A stretch of DNA of 64,000 nucleotides from an uncultured bacterium (GTDB taxonomy: Bacteria > Patescibacteriota > JABMPQ01 > CAVVCK01), in the NCBI GenBank assembly GCA_963746775.1, contig CAVVCK010000002.1, positions 75,571 to 139,570 on the forward strand, given 5' to 3'. Positions 55,348 through 64,000 of the stretch are shown here, in pieces (the stretch's first letter is position 1; the number at the start of each line of letters is the position of its first letter). Below the pieces are notes generated by a model. The model saw only the letters and a list, made by a program, of their open reading frames with translations, was not told where the DNA came from and did no database searches. The position numbers and the translations under genes were made by a program.

Positions 55348-57030
55348 CTAATGGTATTTATCAGGTGAATCATAAAAACTTTTAAATTCATCTCTTCTTT
55401 CAGTTCCATCAGTCATTTTAACAACCTGGGTGAATCTTGCTTTAAATGATCCATCTCCCTTTCTATCCCAATAATAAGGTCCTTCAATACTAACTTCTCT
55501 ACCATCTTCTGTCCCATAGAATTCAAATGTCAGCTTATATCCCTCTATTCTTACCTGCAATAAAACAGCATGGTCGGTGTTATTTACAAATTGTAAATCT
55601 GGATGAGGAATATATATAGTAGCATCCATTCCTTGAGGATTATAATATGAAACTGCATAAGAATGACTCTGCCGTTCTGTAATATAAAAACCAGCATTAA
55701 TAGCAGCTCTAAATAAAGTAGTGGCAATTTGGCAGAGACCTCCTCCATATTCTGGTATAGTTTTATTTTCTTTAATAACCAATTCTGGCAAATAACCAGC
55801 TTCAGCATTAACTTCCCCTATATTTTCCACCAAAGAATATGTTTCTTGCGGACCAATAAATGTACCATTCAATTTTTCTACAGCGGTCTCAATATTATGA
55901 ATTCTATTTTGAGGAGAACCTGCAAAATTAGATTCACCGGATCCCACTAATTCTTTAATACCAAGTTTATCAATATTTTCCTGATTTATTTCTGCACCTA
56001 CTTCTTTAGTTTGTAAAATTAAAGTTCTATCATTGCTTTTAACTTTCTTCCTTAATTCATTATAATTAGCCTCAACTAATAAATCACGCCCTACACTTGA
56101 TGGTTTAGAAACCTCTATTTTATTGTCTGCTACCTGAAAACGTGGATTTTCTGGCTTTTTTTCTATATCCCCCTTCAATGACTCTAAAAATGTTCCAACC
56201 TTTTTTCTATCGATATCCACCACAATTTTCTTCTTATATCCTCCCTCTACAATCTCATCCTCTAGATTAAAACATATCCAACCTTTTAATAAATCTTCAT
56301 TTATTTCCCAAGTCTTATCTTCAAATTTTAAAATAAATTTTGATGATATAATATTCTTAATATCATCCTTAGCTTTCTCTAAATTACTCTGATCAACCTG
56401 TGAATATAACGATATAAAATTAAGACTTATAGGCTCACTCGACATCTTTTCTATATTATTTTCAACTCGGATTATTAGAGCTTCTTTGTCTAAACTCCTC
56501 CCTTGTTTTCCAAACACAATTTCGAAATTATTGCCTTTTTTTTCAAAATTAATATCACTTGAAGTAACACCCAAAGGTTCTAATTCTGATCGTACAAAAT
56601 TATCAAAATTTTCCTGCCGTATTGATGTCTCAATTTTATAATTTCTACCAATAAACAAATTCTTTATTCCTTCTTCTAATCCTTGTAGCATAAAAAGATC
56701 TCGCCCATAATTATAAGCTTTATCTATCGTGCTATCTAAATATATTTCAACACCTATATTTTCTGGTTTTATTTTCTTTTTGAATTCTCCATCTACAAAA
56801 GTTATTTCCTGATTAAAACTATTTAGTTTTTTATAAAAATCATTTCTTACCTCATTATATGTTTTGTCTGTAACCGAAATTCCTGAAATTTTGGTTCGGG
56901 GATAAAATTTGCTTTTATAATGAGTATTTAGGATAATTAAACCTATTCCGAATAATATAAAAACAAAACCTAAAGTTAAAAAAGAATAAGTTGATATATT
57001 TTTTAACCATTTTATTATTTTGTTCTTCAT
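55348..57030 (-). CDS. VanW-domain protein with N-terminal TM anchor
   Basis: C-terminal ...PEYGGGLCQIATTLFRAAINAGF...SHSYAVSYY VanW signature. Confidence 0.75.
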   Translation of the reverse strand: MKNKIIKWLKNISTYSFLTLGFVFILFGIGLIILNTHYKSKFYPRTKISGISVTDKTYNEVRNDFYKKLNSFNQEITFVDGEFKKKIKPENIGVEIYLDSTIDKAYNYGRDLFMLQGLEEGIKNLFIGRNYKIETSIRQENFDNFVRSELEPLGVTSSDINFEKKGNNFEIVFGKQGRSLDKEALIIRVENNIEKMSSEPISLNFISLYSQVDQSNLEKAKDDIKNIISSKFILKFEDKTWEINEDLLKGWICFNLEDEIVEGGYKKKIVVDIDRKKVGTFLESLKGDIEKKPENPRFQVADNKIEVSKPSSVGRDLLVEANYNELRKKVKSNDRTLILQTKEVGAEINQENIDKLGIKELVGSGESNFAGSPQNRIHNIETAVEKLNGTFIGPQETYSLVENIGEVNAEAGYLPELVIKENKTIPEYGGGLCQIATTLFRAAINAGFYITERQSHSYAVSYYNPQGMDATIYIPHPDLQFVNNTDHAVLLQVRIEGYKLTFEFYGTEDGREVSIEGPYYWDRKGDGSFKARFTQVVKMTDGTERRDEFKSFYDSPDKYH

Positions 57031-57046
57031 ATTTTATTTTTAAAAA

Positions 57047-57268
57047 CTATTCTTCTCCATTCAGTATTTCTTCTAATACTGTTACAGCTAATTCTTTTTT
57101 GTTTTCTGCATCAATTAAACTTTTTTGTATTTTTAAATATATATATGATCCTTCTTGCAATTCGAAATCAATATATTCTGAAGGCAAAATAATTTCTTTA
57201 TGTTCTTCATTTTCAAGAATAATGGAATCTTCCTTTTTTCGCTTAAAATATAGTTTTATGGCTTTCAT
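57047..57268 (-). CDS. Small hypothetical protein (DUF3006-like?)
   Basis: 73 aa, acidic; directly upstream of the vanW-like gene. Confidence 0.3.
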   Translation of the reverse strand: MKAIKLYFKRKKEDSIILENEEHKEIILPSEYIDFELQEGSYIYLKIQKSLIDAENKKELAVTVLEEILNGEE

Positions 57269-57300
57269 GATATATTATAATAATGTGTATCACAATATTA

Positions 57301-57370
57301 AATAAATGATCTACAGTATCCGCTAAATCCGCCTTATCCACAACATAAAAAATAGCGGATAAAGCGGATT
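57301..57370. promoter_or_regulatory. Cluster of DnaA-box-like / ATCCGC motifs in both orientations next to an AT-rich tract
   Basis: gTATCCGCTaaATCCGCCTTATCCACAacataaaaaaTAGCGGATAaAGCGGATTA includes a perfect TTATCCACA (57321-57329) and four 7/9 variants arranged palindromically. Confidence 0.35.
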
Positions 57371-57457
57371 ATTGCGAATAGGCGGAAGTGTTATTGATAA
57401 ATTTAGTAATTTATATAATTTAATATAAAACTATATCAATTATATACAAAAAGTAAA

Positions 57458-57558
57458 CCACGTATGAAATTTTAAGTATATATAAATATTATTTAATTAA
57501 AAAATAGACTTGTTAATTAGAAAAACTTAAGCTACAAGCGTTAAAATTTCATACGTGG
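57458..57558. repeat. 18-bp perfect inverted repeat (CCACGTATGAAATTTTAA ... TTAAAATTTCATACGTGG) around a 65-bp AT-rich spacer
   Basis: Seen directly in the sequence; the TTTCATACGTGG core also occurs inside the MITE-like element at 8516-8527. Confidence 0.45.
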
Positions 57559-57586
57559 TAAAGAGAGGCTCCAAACCTCTCTTTAG

Positions 57587-60280
57587 TTAAGATGTAATTG
57601 GAATTTTTCTTTTTATTGTTTTCTTAACAGTTTTAAATTTTATAACATTATCTTTATCCGCTGTAGCTTTTATTTTATCACCATTTTTGAAATTTCCTGA
57701 TAATAACATTTCTGATAGAGGATTTTCTATTTTTCTTTGTATAACACGTCTTAGAGGTCTTGCCCCAAAGGTTGGATCATAGCCTTCATTTGCTAAAATA
57801 TTTTTAACTTTACTATCTATTTCTATTTCAATATTTTGACCTCTCAGTAATTTTTTAACTTCATACAACATTATTTCAACTATTTTTTTGATTTGTTTTT
57901 TATTTAAAGAATGGAAAACTATTATCTCATCAATACGATTCAAAAATTCTGGTTTAAAATATTTTTTTAATTCTTGCATTAACTGATTTTTCACACCTTG
58001 ATAACCACTTTTTTCTTCTAATGTCTTTTTCTTTTCCTTGTCTTTACCGAAACCAATATTATTTTCAGCTGCATCTGAAATTAGTTGTGATCCAATATTA
58101 CTTGTAGCAATTAAAACGATATTTCTAAAATCAACCGTTTTGCCTCTAGAGTCTGTAAGCCTACCATCCTCTAAAATTTGTAATAAAGAATTAAAAACAT
58201 CCGGATGTGCCTTTTCAATTTCATCTAATAAAACAACACTGTAGGGTTTTCTCCTGACAGCTTCAGTAAGCTGCCCTCCCTCTTCATGTCCAACGTAACC
58301 TGGAGGTGATCCTATTAATTTAGAAACCGTATGCCTTTCCATATATTCTGACATATCTAATCTTATTATGGCCTCTTCGTCACTAAATAATAAATAGGCA
58401 AGAGACTTAGCTAATTCGGTTTTCCCTACTCCGGTTGGACCTAAAAATATAAATGAACCAATTGGTCTCTTTGGATCAGATAAACCTGCCCTGCCTCGCC
58501 TAATACAAGCAGATACAGCTGATACTGCTTCTTCTTGACCTATTATTTTTTCATGCAGTTTTTTCTCTAATTTTAACAATTTTTCTCCCTCTTCTTCAGA
58601 TATTCTGGACACAGGAATCTTAGTCCATGAGGATACTATTTCTTCAATATCACCAGCACCAACTTCTGGCTCAGATATACCCTTGGCTTTTTCCCAGGCG
58701 CTTTTTACTTTATCCTTTTCTTTCTGTTTTTCTTTTAAATTTTTACCAATAGATAAGGCTCGTCTTCTGTTTTTTATACTTTCGGCTGCTTCTTTTTCTT
58801 TTTTTAATTTTAAAATCTCTGATTCTAATTCTTTCAATTTCTCTGGGGCAGTAATTGTGGTAAGTCTTATTTTAGCTGCCGCTTCATCTATTAAATCTAT
58901 GGCCTTGTCAGGTAAAAATCTATCTGTAATATATCTATCCGCTAACGTTACCGCTGCAATTACGGCTTCATTAGTAATTTTTACTTTATGATGAGCTTCA
59001 TATTTATCACGAATTCCTCTTAATATTTCAATAGCAGTGTTAACAGTTGGCTCGGCTACAATCACCGGCTGAAATCTACGTTCTAGAGCTGCATCTTTTT
59101 CTATATGCTTTCTATATTCATCTAGAGTCGTAGCACCTATAGTTTGCAATTCCCCACGAGCTAGAGCAGGTTTTAACATATTAGAGGCATCTATCGAGCC
59201 TTCTGAAGCACCTGCTCCTACTACCATGTGCAGCTCATCTATAAATAATATAATATCTTTTTTAGCATCTTTTATTTCTTGTAAAACATTTTTCATTCTC
59301 TTTTCAAATTCTCCGCGAAATTTTGTTCCGGCTAACATTTGAGAAATATCCAGTGATACTACCCTTTTCTTTTTTAAAGTTTCCGGCACACTTCCCAAAA
59401 CTATTTGTTGAGCCAGCCCTTCGGCAATAGCTGTCTTGCCTACTCCAGGTTCTCCTATTAATACCGGATTATTTTTAGTTCGACGCGATAATACTTGGAT
59501 TACCCTAGTTACTTCATCTACTCGTCCAATAATGGGATCAATTTTACCTTCCCTAGCTTGCACAGTTAAGTCTATAGAATATTTATCTAGCGTTGGTGTA
59601 TTGCTCTTAATTATTTTTTCTTTCGATTGAACTAATTTTCTTTTTAATAAATCACTTACTTTTTTTGAATTAACACCATATTTAGATAATACCTGAGCGG
59701 CCATGCCCTCTCCTTCGGCTACTAAACCCAAAATAATATGTTCAGAACCCACATAATTATGTCCCATATCACGAGCTGCATAAAATGCTAATTCTAAAAC
59801 CTTTTTAGCTCTTGATGAAAATTCTGGTTCCTTGTCCTCATCTCCTGTTCCTTCTATAATATTTTTTTCTAAGTATTTTTGGAGATCGCCTATTTTAATA
59901 CCTAAATTTGATAATAATTTTGAAGCGACTTCTTCCTCCAGCAAACCTAAAAGCAAATGTTCTGTATCCACATATTTAGAATTAAATTCTCTGGCTTTTT
60001 CAATGCTCTCTTCTATAACTTCTTTGGCTCTATCTGAAAAATAATCTAGAATATTTATTCTTTTGGGTTGAGGATTAGAACCCTCTAAATTAGATCTAGA
60101 TAAAGGAGTTTTATTACTAAAAAATGAATTAAATAATGAATCGCCCAATAAACTATTGCTATTTAAAAATTCTCGGTCTGAAGCACAAACATGGCATAGA
60201 TTTAATGATTTTATCTGGCCATTAATTTCTTCTTTGACCGTTATTGAAGCTATTCTTTTGCGACATATTTGACAAAGCAT
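57587..60280 (-). CDS. clpC: ATP-dependent Clp protease ATP-binding subunit ClpC with an extra N-terminal CxxC...CxxC zinc-ribbon
   Basis: Two AAA+ modules (GEPGVGKT; GPTGVGKT), Clp_N repeats, UVR-like linker; N-terminus MLCQICRKR...LCHVCA. Confidence 0.85.
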   Translation of the reverse strand: MLCQICRKRIASITVKEEINGQIKSLNLCHVCASDREFLNSNSLLGDSLFNSFFSNKTPLSRSNLEGSNPQPKRINILDYFSDRAKEVIEESIEKAREFNSKYVDTEHLLLGLLEEEVASKLLSNLGIKIGDLQKYLEKNIIEGTGDEDKEPEFSSRAKKVLELAFYAARDMGHNYVGSEHIILGLVAEGEGMAAQVLSKYGVNSKKVSDLLKRKLVQSKEKIIKSNTPTLDKYSIDLTVQAREGKIDPIIGRVDEVTRVIQVLSRRTKNNPVLIGEPGVGKTAIAEGLAQQIVLGSVPETLKKKRVVSLDISQMLAGTKFRGEFEKRMKNVLQEIKDAKKDIILFIDELHMVVGAGASEGSIDASNMLKPALARGELQTIGATTLDEYRKHIEKDAALERRFQPVIVAEPTVNTAIEILRGIRDKYEAHHKVKITNEAVIAAVTLADRYITDRFLPDKAIDLIDEAAAKIRLTTITAPEKLKELESEILKLKKEKEAAESIKNRRRALSIGKNLKEKQKEKDKVKSAWEKAKGISEPEVGAGDIEEIVSSWTKIPVSRISEEEGEKLLKLEKKLHEKIIGQEEAVSAVSACIRRGRAGLSDPKRPIGSFIFLGPTGVGKTELAKSLAYLLFSDEEAIIRLDMSEYMERHTVSKLIGSPPGYVGHEEGGQLTEAVRRKPYSVVLLDEIEKAHPDVFNSLLQILEDGRLTDSRGKTVDFRNIVLIATSNIGSQLISDAAENNIGFGKDKEKKKTLEEKSGYQGVKNQLMQELKKYFKPEFLNRIDEIIVFHSLNKKQIKKIVEIMLYEVKKLLRGQNIEIEIDSKVKNILANEGYDPTFGARPLRRVIQRKIENPLSEMLLSGNFKNGDKIKATADKDNVIKFKTVKKTIKRKIPITS

Positions 60281-60344
60281 ATATTTAAAATTTATTTATT
60301 AATTAGCACTCTTACTATTTGACTGCTAATTATATTTTAACTTT

Positions 60345-61250
60345 TTAAATTTTCGTGTCAAGAAAAATTGGTGGTTTTAATTCTGATAAATTTTTTTCTG
60401 GGTTTCTTGAATCCAAAGCCCAAAGAATTGAATATATAAAATATAAACTTCTTATAATCCTATACTTCTCTTCACTAAATTTTATATTTTTATTTAATCC
60501 TTCAATAAATCTCATTGTAAAATCATATTCAAAAAACTCATCTTTTTCTTCTTCCATATAAGCCTTGGCACACTCCTGATAATAAATTATTCTGGCCAGA
60601 TCATAAAAATAGTCGCCATACTGAGCACATTCCCAGTCTAAAATTCCAGTTAATCTTCTTCCGTCGGTTAAGAGGTTATGTATTATTAAATCACCGTGCA
60701 CCAAGGTAGGAGTAATATTAGAAAATATTTTTTTCGCTTTGTTATTATCTAAGTTATGAGAAATTTTTAGATATAAACTATAAGCTTTTTTATTCTTAAA
60801 TATCTTTTCTTTATTTAGATCAAATTTATAAAATAGAAGTTCACTATAACTATTAAACTTTTTAGTACACTGGGCTGACCAAAAATAATTATATTTTTTC
60901 TTGTTAAATTCTAAGATTATATTAACTAAATCTTGGATTATTTTATTTTTATCTTTTGTATCAAGAGTTCGCCAAATTTCATCAATAGACTGGCCTACTA
61001 ATTTCTTCTCTATTAAAACACCGTGATTTTGGATTACTAAAAAATCAATAACTTTCGGAACAACATCAAAATCTAAAGACTTTAATATTGCATATTCATT
61101 TTTTAAAAATTCAATCTTTTTATTTATTTTTATTACAAAATTATCAGATAAATAAACTTGAGATTTTGTTCCCTTTTCTGCTTTTTTAAAAGTTTCTGTT
61201 ATACTTAGTCTGTTTTTGGCTTTTTTAATGATTGGATAGGGATTATTCAC
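60345..61250 (-). CDS. Aminoglycoside/choline-kinase-type phosphotransferase (APH family)
   Basis: ...LVHGDLIIHNLLTDGRRLTGILDWECAQYGDYFYDLA (catalytic HGD and DWE motifs). Confidence 0.65.
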   Translation of the reverse strand: MNNPYPIIKKAKNRLSITETFKKAEKGTKSQVYLSDNFVIKINKKIEFLKNEYAILKSLDFDVVPKVIDFLVIQNHGVLIEKKLVGQSIDEIWRTLDTKDKNKIIQDLVNIILEFNKKKYNYFWSAQCTKKFNSYSELLFYKFDLNKEKIFKNKKAYSLYLKISHNLDNNKAKKIFSNITPTLVHGDLIIHNLLTDGRRLTGILDWECAQYGDYFYDLARIIYYQECAKAYMEEEKDEFFEYDFTMRFIEGLNKNIKFSEEKYRIIRSLYFIYSILWALDSRNPEKNLSELKPPIFLDTKI

Positions 61251-61557
61251 AAGTTTTATTATGTATTACTAGAAAATAAAATGGAAGAGTTTAGCTTATT
61301 AAAGTCAGCAACCTATAGGTCGCCTAAAGAGATCCAGAAACTGTAATCCTTCATCATTGACAACTCGAGGATTACCATACAGAGCGTGATAAACCATTGC
61401 TATTCCCAATTCAGACTCAGGTATTATGCGCACGTATGGAGATAACATGTACTCTAACATTGTTGATTCCTTTCTCTGTTTTTCAAGGTGCTACTCTTAG
61501 TTTATGTCCCTTTAAAGGAATGTCAATGTATGCTTATCCACTTTTTTCTATAATTAC

Positions 61558-63144
61558 TTACATCTTCTCCGGTGCCTCAATTCCTAAAATATCCAAAGTA
61601 TTTTTTAAAACAATTTTAGATGCTAAAAGTAGGGTCAGTCTTGCCTTCTGCAACTCTTCATCTTCACCAATAACCTTGCATTTCTCATAGAATTTATGAA
61701 ATTTATCAGCTAGAGATTTAGCATAAGTTGTTAATTTATGTACTTCATAGCTTTGCGCTACATCCAATACTAATTCAGGTAAGATATTAAGTTCTCTAAT
61801 TAAATCTATTTCAGCCACTTCTTTTAATAAACTTAAATCTGCTTTTTCTATATCACTTTCTCTAATTCCTGCTTTTCTAAAAATACTACAAATCCTGGCA
61901 TGAGCATATTGAACATAGAATACTGGATTTTTACTGGATTTCTCTTTGGCTAAATCTAAATCAAAATCCATATGAGTATTATGAGAATGCATTAAAAAGA
62001 AAAATCTAACAGCATCTTTTCCAACTTCATTTAATAAATCATCAATGGTTACATAAGTACCAGCTCGCTTAGACATTTTGAATTCCTGCCCATCCTTTAT
62101 AACCCTGACAAACTGAGTTAAAATTATTTCTAGTTTTCCTTCATACCCCAAGGCTTTCATCGCACCCATTACCCTCGCTACATCCCCATGATGATCAGCT
62201 CCCCATATATCTATAACCCTATCAAATCCTCTTTCAAATTTATCCTTGTGATAAGCTATATCTCCACCAAAATAGGTTATTTCTCCAGTTGATTTTCTAA
62301 TAACCCTGTCTTTTTCATCACCAAATTTTATTGCTCTAAACCATAGCGCTCCCTCTTTTTCATAAATTAAATCCTTCTTTTTTAGCTCCTCAAATCTTTT
62401 TTCAATCTTTCCCTCCTCATGTAAACTTTTTTCATAAAAATAATTATCAAATTTAATACCTAATTTTTCCATAGAAGGCTTAATAATGTTTTCTACAATT
62501 TCGTTTGCAGCCTCTTGACCTACTCCGAACGGATCGTTCCCTTTGATCTTGCTATGTAAATTATCAATGTAATCACCCCTATACTGAGCTTCTTCATCTT
62601 TTAAAACAGAATGCCCCAATACTTTTATTTGATTTCCATAATTATTTACATAATACTCTCTACTTACATCATAATTAGCTTTTTCTAAAACATTAGCCAA
62701 TACGTCACCATAAGGACCACCTCTGCCGTTGCCTAAATGAACAGGACCAGTTGGATTAGCCGATACAAATTCAACCATCACTTTTTTCTTTTCTCCTAAA
62801 TTACAATTACCAAAGTTTTCTTTTTCTTTAATAATTTTTTCGATTTTATCTTGAAAATATTTATTAGATAAATAAAAATTAATAAAACCAGGTTTTACTG
62901 CTTCGACTTTTTTTATATTTTCATTTTCTTCAATATTATTTTTAATAATTTCAGTAATCTCAAAAGGATTTTTCTTTACTACCTTAGCTATTTGCATGGC
63001 AATATTAGATGAATAATCACCAAATTCACTATTCTCTGGATGTTCTAATTTAATTTCAGGTATATCAAAATAAGGTAAATCTTTATTTTCTTGCGCTGAT
63101 TTTATAGCCTTTTTTATTAATTCTTTTATTTCCTTATTTATCAT
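61558..63144 (-). CDS. argS: Arginine--tRNA ligase
   Basis: 528 aa; HLGN-type motif region (...ANPTGPVHLGNGRG...) and C-terminal DALR anticodon-binding domain. Confidence 0.9.
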   Translation of the reverse strand: MINKEIKELIKKAIKSAQENKDLPYFDIPEIKLEHPENSEFGDYSSNIAMQIAKVVKKNPFEITEIIKNNIEENENIKKVEAVKPGFINFYLSNKYFQDKIEKIIKEKENFGNCNLGEKKKVMVEFVSANPTGPVHLGNGRGGPYGDVLANVLEKANYDVSREYYVNNYGNQIKVLGHSVLKDEEAQYRGDYIDNLHSKIKGNDPFGVGQEAANEIVENIIKPSMEKLGIKFDNYFYEKSLHEEGKIEKRFEELKKKDLIYEKEGALWFRAIKFGDEKDRVIRKSTGEITYFGGDIAYHKDKFERGFDRVIDIWGADHHGDVARVMGAMKALGYEGKLEIILTQFVRVIKDGQEFKMSKRAGTYVTIDDLLNEVGKDAVRFFFLMHSHNTHMDFDLDLAKEKSSKNPVFYVQYAHARICSIFRKAGIRESDIEKADLSLLKEVAEIDLIRELNILPELVLDVAQSYEVHKLTTYAKSLADKFHKFYEKCKVIGEDEELQKARLTLLLASKIVLKNTLDILGIEAPEKM

Positions 63145-63259
63145 TTTTTATTCTTAATTCTTAATTCTAGATTCATGATTCTATCTTATCAAATATAAAT
63201 AATAATGTTAAAATCACTATACTACAAAATCAATTATAACAACATTTAACAATTTTTCC

Positions 63260-63736
63260 ATGCCAATTTTAGCCAAAAACAAAAGAGCTACTTTTGATTA
63301 TAACATACTAGAAAAATTTGAAGCAGGCATAGAATTAAATGGACCTGAAGTGAAATCAGTCAGATTAGGCCAAGTAAACTTAAAAGGAAGTTATGTTGTA
63401 GTCCAAAATACAGGAAATTCTGGAAAATCAGAAGCTTGGCTTCTAAATTGCCATATATCAGCTTATAAATTTTCTAGCAAACTTTATAAGAAAAATTACG
63501 ATCCAGATCGATCTAGAAAATTATTATTACATAAGAAAGAAATTAACTATCTGAGCGGAAAACAAAAGGAAAAGGGCTTGACCTTAGTGCCGCTTTTATT
63601 GTATACTTCAGGAAGAAAAATCAAAGTTAAAGTAGGAATCGGACAAGGAAAAAAGAAATTTGAGAAAAGAGAAGACATTAAAAAAAGAGAAGACAATAGG
63701 GTTATAAAAAGAGCTATGAGAGGAAAAGTAGAATAA
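63260..63736 (+). CDS. smpB: SsrA-binding protein
   Basis: ...ATFDYNILEKFEAGIELNGPEVKS...; basic C-terminal tail. Confidence 0.9.
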   Translation: MPILAKNKRATFDYNILEKFEAGIELNGPEVKSVRLGQVNLKGSYVVVQNTGNSGKSEAWLLNCHISAYKFSSKLYKKNYDPDRSRKLLLHKKEINYLSGKQKEKGLTLVPLLLYTSGRKIKVKVGIGQGKKKFEKREDIKKREDNRVIKRAMRGKVE

Positions 63737-63742
63737 CTCTTA

Positions 63743-64000
63743 GGGGATGCCAAGAATCGATGGAAAGATGTATATTAAAAAATTCAAATCGAGATGTTAG
63801 TGCTCGTAAAATACTAGCAAAATTATAAGTGCAAACTTATTAACAAAGGCTAGAGAAGGATTTGCTTCTTTCTCAATGCCCCAACTTGCAGTAGCCTAAA
63901 TTCTGCTGCCGTCTCACCTAATTTTACCTGCAAGCTAGGATGAGACGTTATATGCAGGTGTAGATAGTCTTTCGCGCTTTCAAAAGATTATCGAATATTT
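63743..64000 (+). ncRNA. ssrA: tmRNA (ssrA), 3' end beyond window; predicted tag peptide ANLLTKAREGFASFSMPQLAVA
   Basis: Starts GGGGATG...AATCGATGG right after smpB; CTCGTAAAA then resume codon GCA AAC ... ends GCA GTA GCC TAA, parallel to E. coli ...CUCGUAAAAA...GCAAACGACGAAAACUACGCUUUAGCAGCUUAA. Confidence 0.75.

Noticed and set aside
61397-61690. 97-aa plus-strand ORF
   Set aside because: It overlaps the 3' end of argS on the opposite strand and has no recognisable features. The small minus-strand ORF in the same gap is more coding-like and is reported as a low-confidence finding instead.

Overview
This is a very AT-rich bacterial window with compact, mostly co-directional genes; it is possibly a CPR/Patescibacteria-type genome, which is an inference from composition and the presence of a four-helix-bundle protein gene. 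Positions 1 to 34.8 kb and 44 to 52 kb form an unusually large cell-surface glycan biosynthesis locus. It holds about 10 GT2/GT4/GT8 glycosyltransferases, at least 5 ArnT/PMT-like GT-C membrane glycosyltransferases, and two O-antigen-ligase-like proteins. Nucleotide-sugar genes for GDP-D-rhamnose (gmd and rmd), UDP-xylose (UXS) and a Glf-like mutase are present. Export is covered by GtrA/ArnE-like and Wzx-like flippases plus an ABC-2 Wzm/Wzt-type exporter. Tailoring genes include an acetyltransferase, several SAM methyltransferases and two sulfotransferases. Three giant multidomain proteins fuse glycosyltransferase and methyltransferase domains and end in a shared tail motif, WA(I/V)HNPKKF(I/V)KKYF. 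Embedded in the locus is a roughly 1.7 kb tandem duplication carrying two strikingly high-GC lipoprotein genes, in contrast to the AT-rich host. They encode Asp/Gly tandem repeats, Myxococcales-type Cys-rich repeats and a C-terminal LamG/ConA-like domain with a divergent cassette. The locus also contains several gene-fragment mosaics (pseudogene remnants), a MITE-like inverted-repeat element, a DUF559 endonuclease flanked by GC-rich hairpins, and an IS200-like HUH protein gene. The rest of the window is housekeeping: tRNA-Ser, rpmH-rnpA-yidD-yidC-jag, queA, ruvB, a vanW-like gene, clpC, argS, and smpB followed by tmRNA. Two candidate origin or regulatory regions are noted: a DnaA-box-like cluster, and GC hairpins at a strand-switch point.
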